Source of the DNA: a virus | Taxonomy: Duplodnaviria > Caudoviricetes | Reading direction: 5' to 3' (one strand) | Virus record (IMG/VR): IMGVR_UViG_3300011114_000862 | Location: 1-58,600 of that record | DNA length: 58,600 nucleotides | In this document: in pieces, positions 17,901 through 26,400 of the stretch | How positions within the stretch are numbered: the stretch's first letter is position 1 | How the letters are laid out: the number at the start of each line of letters is the position of its first letter | Made by a program: the position numbers and the translations under genes | Notes under the pieces: generated by a model | The model's database searches: none | The model's input: only the letters and a program-made list of their open reading frames with translations | Told to the model about the DNA's origin: nothing

Positions 17901-18775
17901 ATATTAATGGTATTAGATATTATAATAATTTATATATTGCTCTTATCAATTCTTCTGATATATTATATTCTTCAGATTTAATCAATTGGACTTACAGAAT
18001 TACAAATCAAACAAACAATATAAATGATTATATATTTATAAATGATGTCTCAATAGGTGTAGGAAATTCCGGTACATTAATGTATGCTACTCCAATATTT
18101 AATAGAGCAACTGGAATTGCATCTGTATCTTCAGGTATAGTTACTTCAATAACAGTTACAAATGCTGGGTTTGGATATTCTAGTTCAAATCCACCATCAA
18201 TTATTATATCTTCGGAACCTCCAAAAGTTGAAAAATTATTCTCAATAAAAGCAATTGGAGATTTTGGAAATATAACTAAGATTTCAGTTGGGGGAACAAC
18301 CTTAGATTTTACTCTAAAATCTGAAACTTATGATAATTCCACTTTAGGTATCGGATATTCATCATTAAATATTTTTGGAATTCAAAATAGTCAACTATCA
18401 GTTGGAGATTATTTCGTAATTCAAAATAGTAATTCAGTTTGCAGTCATGCACTTACTTGCATCAACAAATTTGACAATAGTGTAGTTGGAACTGCAACTT
18501 CATTTATAGATGGAGTTTATATTGTAGGTGATGTAACTCCAGTAGTTTCTGGAATAATTACCGTTACCTGCTATTTCCAGAGACAACCTGGGGGTGGAAA
18601 TATTAATGTTAATGTCGGTTCTAATAGTTATTGTGGAACTTATTCCTGGGGTAAAATATATGATTTTGAAGATAGATCAAGAAAAACACCAGTTAGTTTT
18701 AGTATAAGTTCCAATGATAGTTTGGTCGGTTTGACAACTTCACCAAAATTATACCGAACTAAACAATTGATATAA
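5918..18775 (+). CDS. gp7: Giant gp7-like baseplate wedge / structural protein, 4285 aa
   Basis: Lies between gp6 and gp8; N-terminal ENQIPSF..FLEQYY, KDFYISKGT; YYQKFSYSL..LVHPSGFK; many repeated beta modules. Confidence 0.75.
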   Translation: MSDIQKVKISNIIENQIPSFLNEDSPLFREFLEQYYISLEHETGTFDVITNLPQYKSISNFNTITIGGSLFIKSTSATLDPSTPNTIVGIDTSKLTLNDIIEPIDSYILPNTAISSIGDNSIEISRNHLVSSEISTIEIGVVTQYCKLTSNVSAFDTVINVNTTVGFPDTYGLLKIDDEIITYKGKTDTSFTECVRGFSGISNLQKTLSTEELEFNSTSTSDHLQISSSTNLPNQVINLNIEFYQKLFEKFKYQFLPGFENREFYPDLNLQNILSKAKDFYISKGTDISFKILFNILFGKQVTVIKPQDYLFRTSDNLYFKTKNILVKHIDGNLDLSKIKGKTLYQDISTTEIASGSIYNIEVRPTDDGQIYEISLDYSSTISNFNVTGTTYISENVSTNSNVLTVDSTVGFSKSGTVLIYSEDLSYTKTLTYTDKTNNQFLGVSGIDIPLKYNYKVIYNDFAYLYDDNSEKVTFQIITVITDINVSPSSNLRVGDKVSLLGIGKDLSDINEFNTWIYNIPVTHNIKKVIKIAPTIWEISFYDDIQFYYDDSVILTNPDDVNDTEIKLNISPKNLNTILVSTGLDISSKTLVKKVIRKGSTNYNKFSEINSYTANIQNAYIDNSSNNMYVMSSGIPDYEILSREKLVYLTTDASPTGLTNIINTVDENGVECRHYFYNGEQVKFIPSSNSKIGLSTGTYYIKIIGSYPDSKQISLTYSQSQLFNENYIDLISSTGVSSSGYIVKKNYENKILKHQKLFKKINLVKNNINYQSKTERSINNREVGILVNGIELYSPTLYDENIYYGALDSVFISDSGSNYDVINKPNVEILDLDKNLNPIGSGADIILNVSGSIERVEVTTPGYNYVLPPDITLVGGNGSGAILESNLVSSNVISGFRGDADGINVNEITFIDNHNFNNGEEVVYDSNSNSNISPLSHNSRYFVGVISNKVVQLYNNNNVGINTINFVGFSSGFHYFKSVLSRNTVSEIKVISKGVDYANKSVVVPSILSYNNEDNGINTFDDYIFAKNHNFKSGDDIVYSTTGTAIVGLATTTTYISTVLDNDRFKLSEVGIGITYKSNYENKKYVKLQTLGTEEHTFAYPPIQLLINNISKSGTYIEPVLNPVVLGQLDSVFIKNVGSKYGTPDIINFHRRPDIIISNVKSECILKPVISNGEIIDVHILNSGVGYDSTVDITVIGDGLFADIRATIISGRVDSIDIKNGGVGYIQSTTQLRVSNRGVGGKLIANVKNWQLNQIEKNKGFINSDDDGYLIPNINEDYGLKYIHFYLPKVLRKKINDNIDLNGVENPTNASPIVGWAYDGSPIYGPYIKENGIVRKIESSYNLIPTLVSTDLRPNFYNGFFIQDYQYFENNGDLDRNNGKFIVNSDFPNGTYAYFCTLDTNTNVPKYPYIVGKYFKNDVELDNYNPIINQDDSLNVIDILTRNISPYYANSNTSNYNPIKPIYKKYSQEFTVKETLKSGIDNISIYISGDNYKVGDTLEFDHSTSGGQDASASISRISGVGMSSFNIGITTISPIKFSNSGNNITAISTSPHNLQNGRIVNITGISSFNFSYLEGFKFIFVPSAKTGITSHILPPTLPVGIATFIPVTSTVGFVVGDFIGITTSNNTQEIAQITNVSIPESRLYVERLSNIHSGICTVGVTTITLLPRSFVFAERVTSPIKINKEFPLHFDPNYHIAYGNSPKNYNLPVTNPVVNVSIPQQAIYIPNHNLNTGDSILYGIGPAKVGIGLSASATYGGTPFNLTDNQLVYAVKLDKDFLGISTQGPVGITTLFFIDKPNYGYHSITKVSPNVVGVVENYAINVGTTKSHGLETGDKVRFNLNFNETQNIKFKYDSINRKITSDETSLNSSQVNVGVNTYSTIYIPEHPFNDGDKIVYNVGIGSTVGGLINSQSYYVLTNQIDYIRLCQYYSDVKVGTSISFTSQGTNDHTLSKINPQINSVDNNNIEFDLSDTSLVDSELIIYKDINFENELETYKLQSSSAPAGTTGSTLTILIDETTPKTLYYNLVSTSPSSLKIQISSDIDVIHRNQINISKSNLVEDFPIISTGTTAFEINLHKKPNFHTLSISGLSTVKYDTDSLNVLGPISEFKISNSGKNYFKVPRISKINSRLGTGSILRAKSSTIGKIKTLDITKNGYDYPSDITLKPQFNVPILCEINDIFRVNNIEIVTGGSGYNVAPILKVIGNDTIKLSAKLTGGVVSQVIVDQNTNDLNQPLEIVTLKNSNGYDIDSITVSGNIVTLELINSDPRLFPLSGTFPFNLGDEIFVENCRISPLSVTTAGVTTLYDNYNSKDYGYIFYTVIAVDSVSCTVSYSMSGVKSGLNLGTYSNVSGYGNVINKKNIAQFKMNIIDDLNYISNEKVTTPTFSANVMENGWDNDTNQLRLYNTKGELVVGDNLLGELSRLNGVIVNTTTFDLHGSIGSSTNKISYLDDNTGFLNDDRQVLSDNDYYQKFSYSLQSSVSYTEWRESIHSLVHPSGFKSFSNLEIFEKSQSMSPKLSQNTRGILINIDNLSSMYNRYNFSMVTEDELLPDGSIERIVFPDAVSLKPYILNQTNKVISIDDISDNFNGNNNLIVIANLIASFDSNDLNIIGISTIGLQINDHLDFSPYLSPTDTYITNIGVSNVGINIPHKVKTGIQTSSVIVRRKINNSQTVGISSFKLTNNGTSLFYHEFDSTGISSVVNLIDNKFTITNHNFQTGQKIIYDVGTGTSIGIETSSTLLFGDVLMQVGVSTGTAIYENGYNSAISSQITGISTNTIGSPTLSYGLISPYLDGISSGIGTGAKFSVIIIYNSGNPISTSIVLREGGSGYSIGDTVSIAGTYLGGSSPTNDLSFVVTIVAGTQIISGVNSSYTNIPGYNLIGSGSNATFNVSRNSVGIATTIAVNVGGKYYTLSDVIGISGTYIGGTNPTDNLYFSPTDLGSDILPPTLYVNKIDSNNFRVLANAGGSELNLTSYGIGTHSFVEEIPNTNTTILIDNIIQSPIYNRNLTYTLSSNVGIGSTVIYLNSGISSLSSIDLLKIDSEIFKIESLGIGASNAVGVYRASLGTVETSHTTSTTVNVLRGDYNVIKDIIHFNSPPYGGISYGEISKLSGNVVTSQPLYVKSSFQGRVYSRSFSYNTTLNDKNIILDDISTQFTGENTIVGVYTGTLDSTILKSITGIITTGINIGDVITEKASYILPSTYITSIGIGSITINKSHLISSGISTTDLDITRSTYKLTTSSSNVIGIYTNTNSSVDINNNPVVLINNIYQIPGKDYIIDTPNQNTIKFISGTPNSGKIVRVGIQTGVGYQLLVGAAATVSVSIAGTISQISLNGFGSGYRIAPNITLNSSVGSGASFTSTIGLGGTITSIGIINPGIGYTDSPLPSVIIDPPLPYNRLNLDYISGISTGSGTGAKVSVQISSNSEISQFNIDSNGIGYKVGDLLDVVGIATDPTSTSFTPFRINVLEVLNDKFSAYYPGQFVLFDDISSLFNGVRKKFRIFETQNGVTSVVSLKSDVGSDLDLQNNLFIFINDVLQTPNEAYTFNTSRITFTEAPKSNSKCSILYYRGSSLDVNEVIPPSTIKEGDEVQIDENINDLYDRSQFDRTVKQIISSDSLDTFNYTGFGIDADPTKYRPLHWKKQTYDKIINGVLYSKSRPDLHSRPTPISTIIKDIIETDDEIYVDNAFPLFTNIDNISEENNDVVISEDIDKTPASAIITISPTSTSISSISILNSGSGYINTPSISISSSKISTKDPIYNWISISGISTYQNVKSLSYNTQLVSVGTSCFVAVSADGTYWIPKLTPYATSIDFNDVTHDGLGNFIICGTSANIVRNYGTSNIYTWYKFDLKSSTLDPLGNKVLGISTYSGNFNGITYFKLNKSLIAVGSSGGLFSSVGVGLTYFTETYNPLGTSITLNSVTNNTTTIVAVGNSGSIIYSTNSENWTEVLSVPTTNNLNKVIWDGNRFIAVGDSGTIISSNDGISGWSNITSGLVVNINGIRYYNNLYIALINSSDILYSSDLINWTYRITNQTNNINDYIFINDVSIGVGNSGTLMYATPIFNRATGIASVSSGIVTSITVTNAGFGYSSSNPPSIIISSEPPKVEKLFSIKAIGDFGNITKISVGGTTLDFTLKSETYDNSTLGIGYSSLNIFGIQNSQLSVGDYFVIQNSNSVCSHALTCINKFDNSVVGTATSFIDGVYIVGDVTPVVSGIITVTCYFQRQPGGGNINVNVGSNSYCGTYSWGKIYDFEDRSRKTPVSFSISSNDSLVGLTTSPKLYRTKQLI

Positions 18776-18835
18776 TTTTTATGATATATAAACATTAAAT
18801 TAGTGATAAATAAATAAAACAATCCGTAAGAGTAG

Positions 18836-20395
18836 ATGTCTGCAATTATAACTGATCAATTTAGAGTATTGAATGCTGAAAATTTTATAAAAAGTTTCAC
18901 TTCTATTGGATCAACTACAAATTACTATACTTTTATTGGACAACCCAATTCAATCAACCCACAGGCAAATGGAGATGTTAATTGGGGAACTGGACCATCC
19001 CCTACAGATGGATTTGAAGAAGAATCTAAAATAAAAGAAACAATATTGTCCTTAAAGAAAATAAATCCTACAAGTGATTTAAGGCGTGTTGTGAGGAAAT
19101 TAGAATGGGTAGCAGGAACTACCTATGAAATGTATAGGCATGATTATACAATTTATAAAAATTCACCAAATGGTTCTGTAAGTTTATATAATGCAAATTA
19201 TTATGTAATAAATGAAGATTTGAGGGTGTATATATGTCTTCAAAATGGAACAAGTGCAAGTTATCCAAACGGCAGTCCATCATATGATAAACCAGAATTT
19301 GTAGATTTAGAACCTAGAGTGGCCGGTTCTAGTGGTGATGGATACATATGGAAATACCTATTTACAATTAAACCAAAAGATTTAGTCAAATTTGACAGTA
19401 TTGAATATATTCCAGTTCCTGAAAATTGGGGTACTGAGGGTGAATCTATAGAAATTAAAAATAATGCTATAGATGGTAAAATTGAAATAGTAACTGTAAC
19501 CAACACTGGTACTGGATATTCACCAGCTATGAATTATAAAAATATTCCAATTTTGGGTGATGGAACTGGTGGTAAAGTTACCATAACAGTGGATTCATTA
19601 GGTAAAGTTAGTGAAATTTTTGTTACAGATGGTGGAAGTGGATATACTAAAGGTATAATTCAATTCAATCCAGGATCTCCAGGAATTCCAAATACTTTAA
19701 CTAATACTGGAAGTATTGCACAATTTGATGTTATAATCCCACCAAAAGGTGGGCATGGATATAATATTTATAGAGAACTTGGTGCATACAGAGTATTACT
19801 ATATACGAGATTCTCAACTGATGAAACAAATCCCGATACTATCATTGGGAATGATTTTGCAAGAATTGGAATTTTGAAAAATCCAACAGTATTGGGGAGT
19901 GATGTTCAGATATTAAATACCAATGAAGTAAGTGGATTGAAGGCATTAAAACTTTCAGGTATCACTACTCAGACTACATATGGTATAGATTCAATAATAA
20001 CACAAACTATTGGAACTGGAGTTACCTCAATTGGATATGTTGCTGCTTGGGATAATGTTACTGGAATATTGAAATATTATCAACCTGTAGGACTAGCTAC
20101 GAATGCAGTTGGATATAAGATTAATCCATTTACATCAAGTGTTACATCGGGAGGTTCTCTTCAAATCAATGGAACTTCTATAATTGGACCAAATTTGAGT
20201 ATAGATAATACTTTTAATAATAATACTACCGTAATAAATAATAAGACATATCAATTAGGTTCTAATTTTATTTCTGGTATTAGTTCAGAAGAATATAATA
20301 AAAAATCTGGTGAATTAATCTATATTGATAATAGGCAACCTATACCTAGATCTACAAGTCAAAAAGAAGATATTAAAATTGTTCTGGAGTTTTAA
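18836..20395 (+). CDS. gp8: Baseplate wedge subunit gp8
   Basis: MSAIITDQFR, YEMYRHDY, VYICLQN, GDGYIWKYLFTI, C-terminal QKEDIKIVLEF. Confidence 0.9.
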   Translation: MSAIITDQFRVLNAENFIKSFTSIGSTTNYYTFIGQPNSINPQANGDVNWGTGPSPTDGFEEESKIKETILSLKKINPTSDLRRVVRKLEWVAGTTYEMYRHDYTIYKNSPNGSVSLYNANYYVINEDLRVYICLQNGTSASYPNGSPSYDKPEFVDLEPRVAGSSGDGYIWKYLFTIKPKDLVKFDSIEYIPVPENWGTEGESIEIKNNAIDGKIEIVTVTNTGTGYSPAMNYKNIPILGDGTGGKVTITVDSLGKVSEIFVTDGGSGYTKGIIQFNPGSPGIPNTLTNTGSIAQFDVIIPPKGGHGYNIYRELGAYRVLLYTRFSTDETNPDTIIGNDFARIGILKNPTVLGSDVQILNTNEVSGLKALKLSGITTQTTYGIDSIITQTIGTGVTSIGYVAAWDNVTGILKYYQPVGLATNAVGYKINPFTSSVTSGGSLQINGTSIIGPNLSIDNTFNNNTTVINNKTYQLGSNFISGISSEEYNKKSGELIYIDNRQPIPRSTSQKEDIKIVLEF

Positions 20396-20401
20396 AGAAA
20401 A

Positions 20402-23400
20402 ATGCCTCAAAATACTAACTTAAATATTTCTCCATATTTTGATGATTTTGACGAAAATAATGATTACTATAAAGTATTATTTAAACCTGCAGTTTCAGTA
20501 CAAACTAGGGAATTAATTACTTTACAATCAATATTACAAAATCAGATAGAAAAATTTGGTAGGCATTTTTTTGAAGATGGTGCTATGGTTATCCCGGGTC
20601 AAGTGGGATATGATTCAAATTATCACTCAGTAGAAATTGATTCTACACATTTGGGAATACCAGTTTCAATTTACATATCACAATTAGTTGGAAAAAATAT
20701 TCAAGGTCAATCTAGTGGGGTTACTGCCACAGTAGATAATATTATAACAGATCTACAATCTGAGAGATCTAACTTTACACTTTATGTAAAATACACTGCA
20801 TCTGGAAAATCTGGGCAATCTGTATTTAAAGATGGAGAAAATATAATAACTTTAGATAATATAGATTATGGAATTTCATCTATACAATCTAATAACACAA
20901 TAGCAACTACTATCCTTTCAAATTCTACCTCAACTGGATCTGTTGCAAAGATATCACAAGGTGTTTATTTTATAAGAGGATTTTTTGTATCAGTCCAAGG
21001 TGAGTCTATAATTTTAGATCAATATACTAACACACCTTCATATAGAATTGGGTTAGAAATTCAAGAAGAAATAGCAATAGCATCCAACGATAATCTGGAT
21101 TTATTTGATAATGCACAAGGATTTGCAAACTATACTGCACCTGGTGCAGATAGATTGAGAATTAAAACCACCCTAATAAAAAAATTATTAACTGATACAG
21201 TAGATACAAATTTTATAGAATTATTACAAGTAGAAAATGGTGAAATCAAGAAATATATAAAAACCACACAGTATAGTTACATTAAAGATGAATTAGCTAG
21301 AAGAACATATGACGAATCTGGAAATTATTCCGTAACCCCATTCCAGTTAACAATAAGAGAATCACTAGATAATTTAATTGGAAATAATGGAATATATGAT
21401 CAAACCCAAACTACTTCTGCAGGAAATACTCCATCAGATGACTTGGGAGTTATTACGATTAGTCCTGGAAAAGGGTATGTTAAAGGATATGAAATTGAAA
21501 CAATAACCACTGGTGCTTTAGATTTTAAAAAACCACGAGATACCTCTACATTATCAAACACTAATATTCCATTTACTGTTGGAACTCAATTACGAGTAAA
21601 TAATATTTTTGGGTCTGTTAATTTGGGATTAGGAACTGGAACTAGTATTGATTTATTGGATAGGAGAACTACACTATCTGGAGTAAATACCGCAAGTAAA
21701 ATTGGAACTGCTAAGTTATACGACTTCACTCCATATTCATATGATAGCACATATCCAACTAAACATGAATTTGAAATTTCACTATTTGATATACAAACAT
21801 ATTCTAAATTAACTTTAAATTCCAATATAACAATTTCACCCTCTGCATTTATAGAAGGAACTAGAAGTAATGCTAATGGTTATCTTGCAGTTGGAGGTGC
21901 ATCAACTTCAATTTTAAATCTATATCAAGTTGCTGGGCAATTTATTAAAAATGAACCTATACGAATAAATGGATCCGATACCTATACCTCTGCAGGTATA
22001 ATTCAAAAATATACCGTCAGTAATTTTTATGATTATAACATAGATGATATAAAGCAATTATATCATCTACCATCAAGTGGTATAGGTACATTTAAATGTG
22101 ATACCAAATTATCCAAATCTACACTAATAACTGATGCGGGAACTGCATTTACAATCTATCCTTCATATTCCCTGGGACCTGTTATTAGTTGTGGAAATCA
22201 AGATTTTACAAAGAAAGTTAGAGTTGGTGATATATTGTCATATACTAAACCTGGAGAAACAATACCAACATATAACCGAGTAACTAACGTTGGTATTCAA
22301 CTGGCAGGAATTTATGTTGAAAATGTTCCTAGTGTATCTGGTATATGCTCAGGTATAATGTATTCTTCAAATACTACATTTACAGATCTTAAGAGAGTAT
22401 CCCCAGAAGTCTTAAACTTAGATCAGACATATTTATATTCAAAATTAAGTAAGAATAATATAAAAAGACTAGATTTATCCAATTCTACAATACAAATTAA
22501 TAGAAGTTACAATGAAACCATATCAAGTAATACTTTCTATAAAATATTTGAAACTGATCCAGATTTAACTCCAGTAAATTGGAATTCTGCTGCATACTCT
22601 ATCACCTATAAAAATACTGGAACAGTTGAAATTTTAGATAGTAGTAGATTTAAAATAATTGGTACAGGGGTATCATTTTCAGGATTAACTGAAACTGGTC
22701 CAGCAATTATAACTACCACATACACAAAATCAAAACCTGCAGTTAGGAAAAAGTCATTTTCTAGATGTTCATCATTAACCATATCCAGATCATCAAATGT
22801 ATCTTCTGGACTTGGTGCTGGTACTATAGATGACGGATTGACATATAATACAGTATATGGAACTAGAGTTCAGGATAAAGAAATATCATTAAATGTATGT
22901 GATGTAAGTTCAGTTTTGGGTATTTTTGAATCTACTACTCAAAATGATCCAAATCCACCAAGTATAATATTTGATACTTTATCTGCAGATATCTCAGGAT
23001 TTGTTAGAGGTGAGTTATTAGTGGGTTCCGTTAGTGGTGCCGTAGCATCATATATTGAATCTTCAGGTTTAAATAGTGCATATATTGTGTATAGAAATAC
23101 TAATGTATTTACAGTTGGAGAAGATATAACTTCAAGTGAAACTAAAATTACTGGTGTTATAAATTCTATATCTGATGGAGATATTGATATTACTGGTAAT
23201 TATATTTTTAATGATGGGCAGAGACTTGAGTATCTAGATTACTCAAGAATAACCAGGAAATCTACAGCATCAGCACCATTGAAAAAATTAAAGATAATTT
23301 TTAACAATTATACTATATCCAGTTCAGATTCTGGAGATTTTGTTGGAGTGAATTCTTATGATATAGAACGATATAATAATGATATAAGAACTATAAATGA

Positions 23401-26400
23401 TATTAGAATTACTGATATTATAGATGCAAGACCTAGAGTTAGTACATATTCACTAGCAAGTACAAATTCCCCATTTGAATATACTTCTAGAGATTTCACT
23501 GGATCTACAAACTCAAGTCCTCATATTTTACCAAAAGAACAGAACTTCATATTGTCGTATGATTACTATCTACCAAGAATTGATACATTAGCATTAACTA
23601 AAGATGGTGATTTCAAGATAACATACGGAGTATCTGCAGATATTCCATCTGAACCTGCATTACTTCCAAGTGATTCGATGAAGATTGCAACAATCACATC
23701 TCCGTCATATCTATATCATGTAACGGATTCTAAGATTAATTATGAATCTAATAAGAGATATACGATGAAGGACATTGGAAATCTAGAAACTAGATTGACT
23801 AATGTTGAATATACTACTGCATTAAATCAATTGGAACAACATGTTAGATCTACCCCAGATGTAGATCCTACAACAAAGTTATCGAGATTCCAATCTGGAT
23901 TCTTTGTAGATAACTTTAGAGATTTGGAATCTTGTGATATTAAAGATCCAGAATTTAGGGCGGCAATAAATCCACAAACTGGTGTAATGAGACCACAACA
24001 TTATACAACTTGGATAAATTTACTTTTAGGGACAGATACTGCATTGGGAGCAGATCCAACATTATTTGATGTCAGATTTGCAAATGATTTTTCTGGATCC
24101 GGTGGAAGAGTTCGAAGAACTGGCAATACAATATCAATTGATTATACTGATGTTCTACATAATCAAAATTTATATGCTTCTGATCATTTAGGTACAGGGG
24201 TAGGATTACAAGTTAATGAATTTGCAATCCAAAATTGGATTGGATATTTAGAATTAAAACCAAATGAAGATATTTGGTTTGAAAGTCCTATCAATGATAA
24301 TGATGATACAAATGCAACATATAGACCGCAAATAATGGAATCTTGGGATTTATCTAGATATAACTCTCCAGAACCAGATATGTTTATGAGACCCATGAAC
24401 ATTGAAACTGTAGGTAAAAATTTAAAACCATATCAACAATATTATTGTTATGTAGATAACATCAATATGACAGATTACTTTATTCCAAAAATTTTAGAAA
24501 TTTCTAGTATAAACAATACTGCTTTTCAAATAGGAGAAACTGTTGTTGGATATAATGATGCTGGAACTCGTTCCATTAGATTTAGAGTTGCACATCCACA
24601 ACATAAATTTGGACCATATAACAACCCCACAGTAAAATATGTTGCAATACCATATGGATCTGCATCGTCTCCTGTCCAATCATCTACTTCATATACATCT
24701 TCTGCCACGTATTTGAATATAGATACTGCAAGTTTAGCAGAAAAATGTATTCCTGAGTATTGGGGATCTATCGAACCTAATATGAGATTAATTGGTGAAA
24801 CTAGTGGAGCATTAGCAAAGGTATCAAATAATAGAATTATTGCAAGTGGAGGTGGTGAAATTGTAGGATGCATATTTATCCCAGATTTTAATTTAGATCC
24901 AAGATATAGATTCCCAATATCAACTAAAACTATTTTGTTTAGTATTGATCCTGTTTTTGGATTCAATTCCAGACATGAAAATACTGCAAGAGCAAACTTC
25001 TTCCTCACAGATAAATATAGTCCATACATTAAAGCAAATAAACTTCCAAGCAATTTGGAAAATGATACTGGAATAGCACAAGTATTTGATATACAAGCAA
25101 ATAATGGAGTATTTTTAACTAAATGTGATCTATATTTTAAGAAAAATGCAACATCAACCGTAGGTGTAACTATTACTGTTGAGATTAGGGAAGTTGAAAA
25201 TGGAACTCCTACAAATAAAGTAGTAGAGTACTCAAGAACCAGTTTAAATCAATCTAATGTATCAATTACTGGACCAACTACATTTACATTTGGATCATTG
25301 GTATATCTTGAACCTGGAAAATCATATGCAATAGTTGTATTGACTGAAGATAGTGGATATGAGGTTGCAACTTCAAGAATTGGTTCTCAAAATACAATGT
25401 CTGGTGGAGGAAAAGTTCCCAATGTTATTCCTAAACTTGGATCATTGTTTAAAACTCAAAGTGGAACGACTTGGCAAGAAGTTCCTACAGATAAACTAAC
25501 ATATACATTATATCGAGCATCATTTAAATCTGATATTGATGCAGTAGTTAGATTTTTCAATCCCCAGTTAAATGTTGGAAATAACCAAAAAGTTTCTCTA
25601 AAATCTAATCCAATAACTTCATATTCTAGAAAATTACTAGTTGGATTATCTTCTACATATTCATCTACAATTGGAATTAGTATTGGGTCTAATATCAAAC
25701 AGGTTGGGAATACTAATTTCAGTGGTGTATTGAGTGGTTTGGTTGGTCCGATAGGAATTAGTTCGACATTATCAATTACCAATGTTGGAACAGGATATAC
25801 TGTAGGATTGACTACATACTTAAATATTCCAGTAGAATCTATATCTGGAACTGGAAATGGGGCTAGAATTAACTTAACTATCAATAATAGTGTAGCAACA
25901 GGTGCAGTAGTTACTCAAGGTGGGTCTGGATATACTGTAGGAGATGATTTAATAGTAAATAATGTATATACTTCAGGAATAGGTAAAGGTATAATTTTAA
26001 CTATTCCAAATAGTGTTGGAGTTATAACTTCATTCAATTCATTAGTTATTTCTGATGTTAAACATAGACTTAAACCCTCTGGAGATATAACTTATACAAA
26101 TATATCAGGAACATCAACATTAATTGGTTCCAGTTCTGGAACTGGAGTCACATCTACAGTATTAACTGATGGATTACATTTTAAAGTAACTCATACAAAT
26201 CATGGAATGTATGAAAATAATGCTCATATAGAATTAAGTAGAATTTGTAGTGATGTGCAATCTACAATTCTAACAATTGACACATTACCAACAGTGACCC
26301 TAACTACCATTCCAGTTGGTAATGTGGGAATATTAACATCCTTTGAAGGATTGCCCGTCAGTGCTGCCAATACTGGATATATAAGAATTAGTCAAGAAAT

